Program-made: the position numbers and the translations under genes | Part shown: positions 1-12,854 of the stretch, one piece after another | Layout: the number at the start of each line of letters is the position of its first letter | Numbering within the stretch: the first letter of the stretch is position 1 | Notes under the pieces: generated by a model | What the model was told of the DNA's origin: nothing | What the model saw: only the letters and a program-made list of their open reading frames with translations | Databases searched by the model: none | NCBI RefSeq assembly: GCF_006345805.1 | Contig: NC_043022.1 | Coordinates: forward strand, 14,632,001-14,696,000 | Source: Octopus sinensis | Taxonomy: Eukaryota | Length of the DNA: 64,000 nt | Direction: 5' to 3'

Positions 1-703
1 ACGTCACCCTCACCGATTACGTCATCTCGATGGAACGGCCGAGGACGCCGTCCACCCTTCCAAGGAACTCCCCGCGCCTCATGTCTCACTCCGGCCGGTC
101 GTCGTCCACATCGAATCTTGGTACGAGGAACAATGCGACTCCGGTGCAAACTGGTGCCGTTAATGGGACGAACAGTGGTGGTGGTGGTGGTGGTACAGTG
201 GGTGTGGCAAGCAGTGTCTCAGGTGGAGTTAGTAGCATAGTGGTGGCGGGTTCCCAGGGAGGAAGTGGCGGTGGTGGTGGTGGTGGTGGTGGACAGGGGC
301 ACCTTGTTGGGATAATACCAGTCTCGCTGGGTAGTGGTAGTGGTGGTAGTGGTGGCAGCGGCGGGGGTGGTGTGGCTAACATAGTTCCCGTGGGGGCGGT
401 TGTTGGTGGTGGTGGCATAAGTGGGGTTGTCGCTAGTGCTGTGGTGGGGGGGCTGTCGGTCGGCGGTGGCGGTGGTGGCGGGGGAGGAGGAGGAGTGGTG
501 GGAGGCGGAGTGGGCGGGCTGGTGATGGGGCACGTGAACTCCCACCGTGCCGGGATGACCGAAAACGGCAGGGACGTGATAGTGGTCAGCGGGTCAGTTC
601 GCTCGCGGACGGAGTCGATCGAGAACGTCGTCCGCGAGCAGACCCAGGGGGCCCAACAGCAGCAACAACAACAACAACAACAGCAACTGTTACAACAACA
701 ACT

Positions 704-734
<31 letters not shown>

Positions 735-776
735 TCACATGGTCGAGCTGTAGAGAATCACTATTCCTTTGTTTAA
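1..776 (+). CDS. 3'-terminal coding exon (5'-partial) of an unidentified protein; Gly/Ser/Val-rich and poly-Q low complexity, C-terminus ENHYSFV
   Basis: Frame is open from position 3 (VTLTDYVIS-MERPRTPSTLPRNSPR...) to TAA at 774-776, so the Met at 30 is probably internal. GC-rich codon-like texture, poly-G/poly-Q tracts in one frame. Family not recognised. Confidence 0.7.
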
Positions 777-2176
777 GGGGTCAGGAAACCTAAAAATGCA
801 AGTGGGTTAGGGGAGAGTGGAGGTTTGGGAAAGGGGCAGGACGTGGCAGTTAGGGGTCAGCACATGGCTTTTCACATTCTCTTGTTACGGTTTTGTTTTG
901 CTGTTACCCAGTGTTTGGTGGATCTGGGTTCAAACCCATCTGTCCGCATATTCACCCCTATCTTAATTTCCATCCTTACCAATTTCCTTTGAAATGAAAA
1001 GTAGGGCTACTAAAGTGTCGGGTCTACAAAATCAAATAAAGAAGAAAACAGTTCTTACGTGGCGCCCCAGCATGGCCACAAATCAATGACTAAAGTGAAA
1101 GATAAATGATACACATGATATACATGATAAATACACTAGGCCGAATCCGTCAATGTTATGGTCTTAAAAGTTTTATATTAAAATCAAATCTGAGCATAAT
1201 GTATGGTGGAGTGCGACTCAACTGTCTACACTCAACACCTCCCTCCTGCTTCCGCTTTCATCACGAGGAGGAGGAGAGGGTTCACTGCCCCCCCTGATTT
1301 ATAAACAAGAGTGGTGGACTGTTTTGAGTTTGAGTAGATAAAAGGACTGGGAACTGCCAGTTTGTGAGTTCAAGTCTGACGTAACCCACCTTTGTTACGT
1401 TTCTGGCTCAGTTGCTTTGATCCAGAATGGTTTGTCGTGGACGGAAGGATAGAAGGTTAACCCCTAAAAACTCATCGCGAGAAGAATGTTGGTTTTTTTT
1501 GGTTTTTTTCTTTAAGGAAATAGGATCTTACATTCACAGGCAATTCTATCAAAGTTAATTTGTTTCGCACTCCCCCCCCCCGCCCAGCACTTCCTCTCAG
1601 AGCAGTCCCTTGAGTTTGCTTCTGTATTCTCCCGCCCCACTCCAACCACCTGTATTAAGCATACACAGCTGACCCAAAAGTGCCCCAAACCTAAAAAGCA
1701 CCCCCCCCCCATTCCACCCTATGTGCCAAGTGTTTTCCTCTTAAGTCTATTCCTTTAGACCTGTTCTGGACACCCCAAACCCACACCTCATTTTTTTTTA
1801 GGACGGGGGGGGGCCCAGGGTTGTCCCTCACCTTGTCAAAACCCCCACCCCCCACTTAGACCTCGCATTGTTAACAAAGGGCAAGAACAAGTGGTGCCCC
1901 CTTTAACCCAGCTACTCGGCATCCTCAACCAGTCGAACAATCAGTCCTGTCAATTTCTAAATTAAATAACGAGCTAAAATAGCCACTGATTAATTAATAA
2001 ATAAATAAATAACAGCTGCTCAGGTATTTTCTGGGCCACAGAGACACACCTAACGACAGTAACACTAGTAGTAGTAGTAGGTGGTGGATATAACGAAGAA
2101 ACCAAAGACATTTCCTCCAACATTGTTGGCATGAGGCATTATTATTATCATTATTATTATTATTATTATTATTAAT

Positions 2177-2870
2177 GTGGCAAGCTGGCAGAATCGTTAG
2201 GGCGTCAGGCAAAATACTTAGCGGCATTTAATCTGTTTTTAGATTTTGAGTTCAAATTCTGCTGAGGTCGACTTTACCTTTCATCCTTTTGGGGGTGGTG
2301 GGGGTCAATGCAATCAACTAGCCATGCCCCCCCTTCACCAATTTCTGGCCTTGTGCCTATAGTAGAAAGGATTATTATTATTATTACTACTACTTTAATT
2401 AAGGCAGAGCGATCTGGCAGAATCGTTAGCACGTCAGACAAAATGCTTTGTAGGCATTTCGTCCGTCTTTACGTTGTGAGTTCAAATTCCACCAGAATCA
2501 ACTTTGCCTTTCGTCCTTTCAGAGTCGATGAAATAAGTACCAGTTGTACCCTGGGGGATCAGTGTAATCGACTCACCCCCCTCCCCCAAAATTGCTGCCC
2601 TTGTGACAAAATTTGAAGCCATTATTATTATTATTATTATTATTACATTCTGTGGTGAGCTGGCAGAATCGTTAGCACACCAGACAAACTGATTAGCAGC
2701 ATTTCATCAATTCTGAGTTCAAATCCTGCTGAGGTTGACTTTACCTTTCCATCTTTCCAAGGTCAACAATATAAGTACCAGTTACGCACTGGGGGTCGAT
2801 GTAGCCGACTTACACCTCTTCCCTGAAATCACTGGCCTCGTGTCGGAATTCGAAGTCGTTATCATATTAG
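2177..2870 (+). mobile_element. Three tandem tRNA-derived SINEs, family S1 (2177-2370, 2402-2620, 2652-2860)
   Basis: Head GAGCTGGCAGAATCGTTAG, B-box GAGTTCAAATTC, core GCCTTTCATCCTTTCGGGGTCGATAAA.TAAGTACCAG, each ending in (ATT)n. Confidence 0.85.
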
Positions 2871-3955
2871 GTGATGGCCACGTGTTGGATTGTCACCTCT
2901 GTGTGTGTGTGTGTGTGACATGCGTCTCTCCCCCCCTTCCACGCTCCTCCTCCTGCCTTTCTCTCCGTCGGTCAGAAACTTGATGGCATCGTTTACCTCG
3001 TCAGGTTGTTTCTGTTACACATTGCTGCTGTTGTTGTTGGTGATTGACTGGGGTACGGGATGGTTGGGGGTGGGGAGCAGTTGGGTGGGTGGGAAGGAAG
3101 GAAGAGGATGTCCCTATTTCCACTCACCCACCCCCGTGCACACTTCCACCCCACCCCCACATCATACTTGGGTGTTCGCTCTTCTACCCGTTTCCTTAAA
3201 GGTGGGGTGGTGGTGGGTTAAATAATGGTTTGGGTACTCTGTGGCAGCCACACCCTTCTCTTGCTTCTGTTGAGGGATGGAGGAAGGGGGGAGTGGTTTT
3301 TGGTCCCGTCCCCCGCCCCTTTTTTTTCTTCCCATCTCCTATTGCTCCTGTTTCAGTCTCGGGGTGGGGTGAGGGTTTGATCAGGTACAATCACTTATTT
3401 TATTTACTCTGCCATTTTCCCATTATCTCTCTGTTAGGGTCTTTGGGAACCCTGTCTGTGTGTGTGTGTGTGATTGTCAGTTATGGTCCTTTTTTACCCC
3501 TCCGTCTTTCTTCATTCTTCCTTTCTTTGGTTTTTCCAAGAAATACCTTTATTTCTTCTATCACCTTCGTTTTCCCCCAACCCCTCCTGGGGTTATGCTT
3601 CTCCCTTCCTCCCTACTTATCGCTGTTGTTGGATGATGTTACATTTACTGCTGCAGGGGTTTCATTGCATCTTTCAAATTGCAGGAATCTTCCACTTGAC
3701 AGAATCCAGTTCATTCCAGTTTCAAAAACTCTTGCGTCGCAAAGGTGCAAGGATCCACCCCTTTTGATCCCCCCCCCCGAGCTACAAGAAGGGTCCCTCG
3801 AACAGTCTTCCTCAAAACTATTCAGCACCATTAAACCCTAACCCCGACCCCTTTTTTTTATACCCAACCTGACCCCTGGTTCTATGATACAAACTTCATT
3901 TTAAAACCTTCCCTCGTATCAAAATTTCTTTAAGCACCAGCTTAATAATAATAAT

Positions 3956-4080
3956 CCTTTCTACTCTAGGCACAAGGTCTGAAATTTTGGGGGAGTGGGT
4001 CATTCGATTACATTGACCCCAGTACTTGACTGGTACTTAATTTATCGACCATGAAAGGCAAAGCAAACTTTGGCAGAATG
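3956..4080 (-). mobile_element. S1 SINE fragment, inverted relative to its neighbours
   Basis: Reverse complement of S1 core and tail. Confidence 0.75.
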
Positions 4081-4087
4081 AGTTTGC

Positions 4088-4497
4088 TTAATGATAATAA
4101 TAACGATAATAGTAATAATAATGATGATAATAATAATAATGATAATGATGATAATGATAATGATGATAATGATAATAATAATAATGATAATAATAATAAT
4201 AATAATGATGATAATGATAATGATAATAATAATAATGATAATAATAATGATAATAATAATGATGATAATGATAATAATAATAATAATGATGATAATGATG
4301 ATGATAATAATAATAATGATAATGATAATAATGATGATAATGATAATAATAATGATGATGATGATGATAATGATAATATGATAATAATAATAATAATGAT
4401 GATAATAATAATGATGATAATGATAATAATAATGATGATAATGATAATAATGATGATAATGATAATAATAATAAGGATAATAATAATCATAATGATT
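4088..4497. repeat. Compound (AAT/GAT)n microsatellite, ~400 bp
   Basis: Direct reading; source of the spurious poly-N/D/I/M ORFs. Confidence 0.95.
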
Positions 4498-4832
4498 TCT
4501 GATTTAAGCCTGGAGTTAGCAAATTTTAAGAAAGGGCTAGTTGATTATATTGGCCCCTATAACTTGATTAGTATTTCATTTTATCAAACCTGGTAGGATG
4601 AAGGGCAAGTGCAGTTGAAATGGCACCGAAGCGTTTTGCCCGGTGCTCCACCGGTTCTTCCCAGTTCACCAACGATCACCAGTGAAATTACTGTTATTTT
4701 ACTAAATTCTTATTTTAAAAATGAATCCAAACAAAGAGAAAGTATTTTTTACCAGAAATGGTTGAAGGGGTATTTGGGTGGGTGGGGTGGGGGGATATCC
4801 ACATTGATGAAACAGCTATCATTATATAATTA

Positions 4833-5506
4833 GGGCAGTGAGCTGGCAAGGATCGTTAGCACCCCAGGCAAAATGCTTAGCAGTATTTTGTCTATTTGCA
4901 CGTTTTGAGTTCAGATTCCACTGAGGTCAACTTTGCATTTCATCCTTTAGGGGTCAGTGAAATAAATATCAGTTGAGCACTAGGGTTAGTGTAATCAACT
5001 TAGCCCCTCCCCTCGAATTACTAGCCTTGTGCCAAAATTTGAAGCAGTTATTATTAAGGCGGCGAGCTGGCAGAATTGTTAGTGTGCTGGGCAAAATGCT
5101 TATCGGTATTTCGTCTGCCGCTACGTTCTGAGTTCAAATTCCGCCAAGGTCGACTTTGCCTATCATCCTTTCGGGGTCGATTAAATAAGTACCAGTTACG
5201 CACTGGGGTCGATATAATCGACTTAATCCGTTTGTCTGTCCTTGTTTGTCCCCTCTGTGTGTAGCCCCTTGTGGGTAGTAAAGAAATAGGTATTTCGTCT
5301 GCCGCTACGTTCTGAGTTCAAATTCTGCCGAGGTCGACTTTGCCTTTCATCCTTTTGGGGTCGATAGATTAAGTACCAGTTACACACTGGGGTCAATATA
5401 ATCGACTTAATCCGTTTGTCTGTCCTTGTTTGTCCTTTGGTGATCAATCTTATCGACTGGCCCTGCTCCCCAAAAGTTTTGGGCCTTGTGCCTATAACAG
5501 AAAGGA
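4833..5506 (+). mobile_element. S1 SINE cluster (4833-5045; 5058-5289 followed by a direct partial duplicate 5290-5435 and a second tail type)
   Basis: S1 head/core repeated; junction AAAGAAATAG|GTATTTCG. Confidence 0.85.
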
Positions 5507-6089
5507 TTATTATTATTATTATTATTCTTTAAGCTGGTAGATTCATTAGCAGCATCCTCCCAACTCGTTATGTTCCCAATTCAAATGCCAGTGAGATTCT
5601 CATTTCATCTTTTCAGGGTTCCTAAAGCACGTAACAGGCAAGTACTAAGGGTCCTTATAATCAGGTTTTCCACTTCTGAAATTTCCTGGCCTTGTGCCAA
5701 AACTTGCAAAACTTATTATTATTATTGTTATTGTTTGTTAAGAGTAGTGGGTGTTGTGGAGCAAGATTATTGATGTTGAACTCTTGCTTCATACTAAACC
5801 ACCAGAAACCACAAACTTCCAAAAGTCAAACCATTCTGTTTTTGAAAATGTTTATATTTAAAGTTAAAATCTCCCATCATAATTTTATATAAGAAAGTTT
5901 TGTTAAAATATGTTCCAAACACTAGCTTTTCAGGATATTTTTCACCAAGTCCCTCCAAGTTTTTTTTATTATTATTATTATTTTCACAACACGCATCCAG
6001 TAAGGTGAGGGTGGGATTTAATCAGGGTTATTAAAAGGTTAATATTTCAATTCCACGGCATTGTGCCCCGAGTTGGTATACTTTTAAGA

Positions 6090-6322
6090 AAGGCGGCGAG
6101 CTGTCAGAATTGTTAGCACGCCGGGCGAAATGCTTAGCGGTATTTCGTCTGCTGTTACGTTCTGAGTTCGAATTCCGCCGAGGTTGACTTTGCCTTTCAT
6201 CCTTTCGGGGTCGATAAATTAAGTACCAGTTACGCACTGGGGTCGATGTAATCGACTTAATACCTATGTCTGTCCTTGTTTGTCCCCTCTGTGTTTAGCC
6301 CCTTGTGGGTAATAAAGAAATA
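6090..6322 (+). mobile_element. Young full-length S1 SINE with 15-bp TSD
   Basis: GGTATACTTTTAAGA at 6075-6089 and 6323-6337. Confidence 0.9.
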
Positions 6323-7365
6323 GGTATACTTTTAAGATGGTTTTTGCCTTTCAATCAGGTGGGGGTGAAAGTCATGTACTGGTGTCAAAGCAATTGCTCC
6401 TCAAAGTCGTCTGCAAATTTGTAGCCTTGTGCTGATGCCAAACCAAATTGTTGCTGTTGCTGCTGCTACTGCCACCACCATCACCACCATAAAGATCCAC
6501 TAAGTTTTCTTGGCAAGAGATTTCCCGAATGAATTTCTCGTTTCCCCTCAACTGTTACAATCTCCCTCCCCGCGGAAAAATTTACAACAATTAACGTCAA
6601 AAGAAGACACCACCACCACCACTTTTGTTAACCCACATTCTGTTGCTTCTTCCTAGAGTTGTTTTTCATTGTTGAAATAAGGCTAAAATGGCTAAAAAGT
6701 GACTCAGTGATTCCTTGACATATTTCATTGTTCTTTCTGAAACCCCAGTTTTTACTAAACTGCTGGAAATTGGCACCAGAACTCGCTCCCATTAAAAATA
6801 ACAGAAAACAAAACAAAATATAAAGTGAATGTTACCTGTGATAGACTATCAATCTTTCCAGGGGTAGGTTTCTCTCTCTCTCTCTCTCATCTGCTCAGTA
6901 TTACAGAAACAACAGGAGTCGAACTATCATCCCCTTTGGACCCCCTTTTGTTTCATCAAAGGATTAACTACAATTTATGGGTTTTTTTTTTTTTTATAAG
7001 TTGTTCATCTTGGTCGAAGTGTCCCCAAATTCCTCGTCGATCCTCTCTCATCCCTTTTTCTTGCTTTTGCTGTTTTTACTGCTGTCTTCATAAAAGAAAA
7101 AACCCCAAAAAAACGCTCCCAATGCAGTCTTCCGCCTTTTCTTCTTTGAAGAAATTGTTTATCAAATATTTTTCCCCTGCCTCCTTTTATACAACGTTCA
7201 TCTGATGCTTCTAAATTTAGTTGTTGTCTGTCTGGCCAACACATCTGGTCATTTTGTGAAAGGTTAAAGCATTTAACCACTTTGTTTGACCAAACATACT
7301 CCTTTACTTTTTCTGTCTGTTCAATACATTTGGTTGTGTTTGACTGGTGTTTATTTGTAGTTCAT

Positions 7366-8130
7366 GGCCAACACAGCTGGCCGTCCTTATGTCCGACTAA
7401 CACATCTGGCTGTCCTCGTTATGTCTGACCAACACATCTGGCTGTCCTTGTTATGTCTGACCAACACATCTGGCTGTCCTTGTTATGTCTGACCAACACA
7501 TCTGGCTGTCCTTGTTATGTCTGACCAACACATCTGGCCTTCCTTGTTATGTCTGACCAACACATCTGGCTCTCCTTATGTCCGACTAACACATGTGGCT
7601 GTCCTTGTTATTTCTAGTTAACACATCTGGCTATCCTTGTTACGTTTGACCAACACATCTGGCTGTCCTTGTTACGCTTGACCATTACATCTGGCTGTCC
7701 TTGTTACGTTTGACTAACACATCTGGCTGTCCTTGTTACGTTTGACCAACACATCTGGCTGTCCTTGTTACGTTTGACCAACACATCTGGCTGTCCTCCT
7801 TATGTCTGACCAACACATCTGGCTCTCCTTATGTCCGACTAACACATCTGGCTGTCCTTGTTACGTCTGACCAACACATCTGGCTGTCCTCCTTATGTCT
7901 GACCAACACATCTGGCTCTCCTTATGTCCGACTAACACATCTGGCTGTCCTTGTTACGTTTGACTAACACATCTGGCTGTCCTTGTTACATTTGACCAAC
8001 ACATCTTGCTGTCCTTGTTATGTCTGACCAACACATCTTACTGTCATTGTTATATGTCTGGTCAACAACATCTGCCTGTCATCATAGTATCTGGCCAACA
8101 CATCTGGTCAGCTCATCTCATCTGGCTGTC
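7366..8130. repeat. Minisatellite, 32-bp unit (29-bp variant), about 24 copies
   Basis: CAACACATCTGGCTGTCCTTGTTA(T/C)GT(C/T)TGAC; 93-bp higher-order duplication at 7783-7968. Confidence 0.95.
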
Positions 8131-9537
8131 GTCTGTTTTCTCTCCAACAAACACATCCAGTTATGTCTTGTCTCCAGCCAAAAAAGGGGTCTCTCTCTAT
8201 TTTTCTCCATTTACAAGTGATCCTTTAATATTATCGTTCATTTTTGCTGAAGTTGAAGTTAACCTTTATTTTTATTATGATTATTATTGTTGATTCTTCA
8301 CTAATCACCATTAATTCTCGCCTTTTAATTGTTAATCGTTGCCTTTTTTTTTTTAAAATCATTTTCAAGTTCCTTCCTTGCGGTCTTCATTTTCTTTCTC
8401 GATTCCTCGGACCCTTTTTTTTCTTCCATGCCCCCTCCCCATCTTTTACCCTGGGTTCGATTGTTTATTACAAAAACACTTCTAAGATTAGACCTTAATT
8501 AATTTGGGGGGGGGGAGAAAAATTATGGTTGGGGGTGTGTGAGTGAGGGAGGGAATGTTTTAAAACAAAATTTTGTGGAGGGGCCGGGGGTTTTATTTTC
8601 TATTACAACTGTGGATATATATGCGTGTGTGTGTGTGTGTGTATGTATACACACGTATGCACATATGTAGATGTGTGGTGTGTAAAAAAAGAAGGAAAAA
8701 AATAAAAATTTAAAGTGAATGCATTTTGAAAAATCAAATTTTTTTTTAATGAAAAATGTTTTGTTTTTGTTTATATTTTATATTCGTTAAAAGAGGGGGC
8801 GGGGAAACTTTGCGAGAAAAAAGAGAAAGAAATAATTAATATGTTCGTTTGGGGGGAAAAAAGAAAAGCCAAAGTTTTTTTTTTTTTTTTTTTCTGGAAG
8901 AAAATATAAAAATTTAATCCTTTGGAGAGAAAAAAAAAAAAAACCAACAAAAAACGGAAATTTAGTAATCATTGAAAAAAGTAGTTGGAAATTGTTTTTG
9001 AAACAAAGCTGAAGGGGGTGGGTGGGGACGAAAAAGTTTTGGGAGGGGGTGAAGGAAGAAAAAAAAAAACGAAGTGTTTCTTTTTGTTTATATTGTTGTT
9101 ATTTTTTCTACTAAAACTTAAAAAAAAAAAAGGAAAAAAAAAATATACGTGCAAACATACACACATTCAGAAACACACACATATATATGCACACACCAGA
9201 AAATTGCATTTTTTTAACGAGAAAAAGTGGCAAAAAAAAAAGGAAAAAGAAAGAGTTAACGAATAATAATATATCAGTAAAAAAAAAAATGTTTAAATAT
9301 ATAATAAATATATATATATATTAACATAATATATAAAATATAATAATAATGATGATGATGATGATATATATATATATATTACACGACAGAAATGATTAAA
9401 ATATAAAATTGTAAGTTTTTTTTTTTAATTTTATTTTTCATCCTTCAGTTTATGAAATTGCTGATAATACCAACAGACAAGAACAAGAATTGAAGGACAA
9501 TCACTACAAAAGATAAAACTTGAACTGAGTGCTTCGA

Positions 9538-9539
<2 letters not shown>

Positions 9540-9573
<34 letters not shown>

Positions 9574-9628
9574 TATTATTATTATTATTATTATTACTAT
9601 TACTATTATTATTATTATTATTACTATT
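9540..9628. repeat. (ATT)n microsatellite
   Basis: Direct reading. Confidence 0.9.
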
Positions 9629-10324
9629 AATTAATATTATTGTTAATTTGTGACCTTCTGTTTGGCACCATCTTGTGACTTTAAAAGAAAAAAAAAGAAA
9701 AGATAAAAAAAAAAAGGAAACAAATGCCTGATGGGGGGGGGAGAAAACGACATCCTGCCCCCCCTTTCCGCAAACAACACTCCCTTCCCAGCCCCCCCCC
9801 CTCCGGCCGTGTGTTGACTTTGGGTCAGGAAAATCCCCACCCCCCCAAAAAAATCAAAAAGCCATCAAGATGTGACTTTAGGGCAAAAAGTGACAGTATA
9901 TATATAATATAATATATATATATATACATACATACACACATATATATATATACATTTATAAAATAAACTTGGGGCGCAGGGCAAACAGGGGTCACAAGTG
10001 CCAAGTGCCCCCACCCCTCCTAATTTCACAGAGACTCCATTGTTCCATAGTATTAAAAGCCGTGTGTAAAAAAAAAAAGGGCTTTTTTTTGTATAAAAAA
10101 GAAAATATTACATCATATTATTACAATATGCTGTGTTATAAAAGAAACGTAATAATAATAATAATAATGATAATAATATTACACACGTGTTGTGCATGCC
10201 TGCATGATATAATGGATATCAAACTGATGATGATGATGATGATGATGTTTGTATTTGGAAAATGATGGCGGCGGTGATGGCGGCGGGGGTTATCAGTTGC
10301 ATGTTGTAGCGTCTGCTTCCATTG

Positions 10325-10458
10325 AGATGGCTGCTACTACTACTACTACCACCACCACCACCACCACAACTACCGCAGTGACCACCACCACCACCACCAC
10401 CTGTGTGGCTATGTCTTGTACTATGTTGTTAACTGTAACAGCAAATACTGCTACTACC

Positions 10459-10494
<36 letters not shown>

Positions 10495-10680
10495 GCAACA
10501 ACAACAGACTATACCAGCAAGTAGGAGTGACCAACACAGACTACCAGCAGCACCACCAGCGCCTATACTACTACTACTACTACAAGAAAATCCACTGCAA
10601 TGATGACCAACCCAACGACCACCACCACCACAACTAGAACTTCCACATCGCCGCCACCACCACCACCACCACCACCACCA
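10325..10680. repeat. (ACC/ACT)n low-complexity tract
   Basis: Direct reading. Confidence 0.8.
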
Positions 10681-10782
10681 TTGTCACTGCTGCAGACGAG
10701 AATCGGTGAAATGAAGGATTAATGTAATTTTTCTATCTGATGCCATATTGTGTGGTATTTGGCTTCAAGTTGAGCTTTTAAA

Positions 10783-10783
10783 T

Positions 10784-10814
<31 letters not shown>

Positions 10815-10842
10815 CAGTGCACACACACACACACATATATAG

Positions 10843-10878
<36 letters not shown>

Positions 10879-10970
10879 GTGCACACACACACACACACAC
10901 ATATATACAGTGCACACACATGCATGGGACACACATACTAGACTGTACACACACACACACACATATACAG

Positions 10971-11002
<32 letters not shown>

Positions 11003-11174
11003 ATACAGTGCACACACACACACACACACACACATATAGTGCACACACACACAACACACACACACACACACACACATATATACAGTGCACACACACACAC
11101 ACACACATATATACAGTGCACACACATGCATGGGACACACATACTAGACTGTACACACACACACACATATACAG

Positions 11175-11208
<34 letters not shown>

Positions 11209-11290
11209 CAGTGCACACACACACATATATACATACACACACACACATATATACATACACACACACACATATATACACACATTTTTACAC
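10783..11290. repeat. (CA)n array punctuated by TATA(CA)GTGCAC, with an internal ~207-bp duplication
   Basis: CATGCATGGGACACACATACTAGACTGTAC occurs near 10919 and 11126. Confidence 0.9.
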
Positions 11291-11464
11291 TAAACACACA
11301 TACAGCCATGTATACACATTACATAAACACATAGACATGCACATAAATATATTATGCACCCATGCACACACATACTTGTATATACATTATACATACATTA
11401 CAGACAGTATACACACATCAGCAAGTATTATACACAGGGCAATGTTACAATGCAATATACAAAT

Positions 11465-11514
<50 letters not shown>

Positions 11515-12822
11515 ACACACATACATGCACACACTTACATACACACAGCACCACTTCAAACAACTGTAATAACCATGCTACACCGTCACCACAACCCATC
11601 CATGCCAACCACAACTAGTACAGACCATGGCCACCACAACAAACAATACAACCCAACCATAGCATCGCAACTAATACAAACTATACTTTGACCATCATAT
11701 CATTGCAAGTAATGTAAGCCATATGTGACCACCGCTGAAGACACAATAACTCAGTCATACAATCATACCAAATACAAACCATGACCATCACTGCAGACAG
11801 TACAATCTAGCCAAACCATTGCAGCTAATACTGTGGCCACCATTACATATTCTGTCATCCCGTTTGTGACCACCACAACCTATTTCAGCCTTTGTAAAAA
11901 CAGTTAAGGAATTGGGATGCTCTACCGATTCACGTACACACATGTGCATGCACACACACACACACACGTACCTTTTTAAAAATCATTTAAAAGACGAGAA
12001 GGAAGGGAGGAGGGGGGAACCCTTCCCCCCTGACTGCAAATTAAAAGCAATGTGATTGTAGGGGACAAGAGAGAATTGGGACGGACAGACAGACAGAGAC
12101 AGAATGAGAGAAAGAAAGAGAGAGAGAGAGAGAGAGAAAGAGAAAAAAGAGAGAGAGAGAGAGAGAGAAAATAATTGAAAAAAAAAAACAACAAAAATGC
12201 AGATGAGAAAAAAAAATATAAATATTAAAATAATAATAATCTATATATATATATATATAAAATAAATAAAAATGAAAATTAAGCCAAACGAATAAATTTA
12301 ATAAATTGTAATTTATTCTATTTTTAATACTTACCTGTGTATATATATGTATTGGGGGGTGGGTGTAGAGAGAGAGAAAGAGAGAGAGATAGCTGTGTGT
12401 TGTGTATATATATATAGATGTGTGTGTGTTTGTGTGTCTGTTGTATAACTTTATAAATGTGTATATATGTCATACATTTGTATTTATGTGTGTGTATGCA
12501 TGTGTATATGTTATACAGTTGTATTTATGTGTGTGTGTATATATATATATATGTATATATATATGTTGTGTGTCTGTATAGACGTGTGCATGTATTTATA
12601 GATGTGTGTGTGCATGTGTATACACGTGTTATACACCTGTGTGTCTGCATGTGTATATATATATGTGTGTATACATATGTATTTCTACGTGGTAGAATGA
12701 AAGGTGAAAATATCAACCGAAAAGAAAAGAAAAAAAACCACAACTAAAGTTTGTATTTTTAATGTTTCTTTGTTTTGTTTGTGTGTTTTTCATTATATCA
12801 ACTATTGTAATATGTACTGTAT

Positions 12823-12854
<32 letters not shown>

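Noticed and set aside
86-545. Antisense Pro/Thr-rich ORFs overlapping the first CDS
   Set aside because: Shadow frames of the GGT/GGC-rich coding strand.
4008-4596. Long ORFs of poly-I/M, poly-N/D and poly-L/S
   Set aside because: Translations of the AAT/GAT microsatellite; no splice context or non-repeat anchors.
5617-5637. 21-nt + strand microexon with GC donor
   Set aside because: Lies downstream of the upstream gene's stop and has no supporting partner exons.
7366-8130. CRISPR-like regular repeats, or a coding tandem repeat
   Set aside because: Units are contiguous with no unique spacers; unit lengths 32 and 29 are not multiples of three and stops appear as the frame cycles.
1400-10100. 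Homopolymer-rich texture (also 31276-31950, 36330-36800, 37080-37400) as a biological signal
   Set aside because: A known SINE at 36700-36780 is distorted in the same way and an S2 copy breaks off at 31272, pointing to low-quality consensus rather than real sequence; needs read-level check.
10719-11691. Many CV-rich and HT-rich ORFs
   Set aside because: Products of (CA)n/(TA)n arrays; the same applies to similar ORFs throughout the window.
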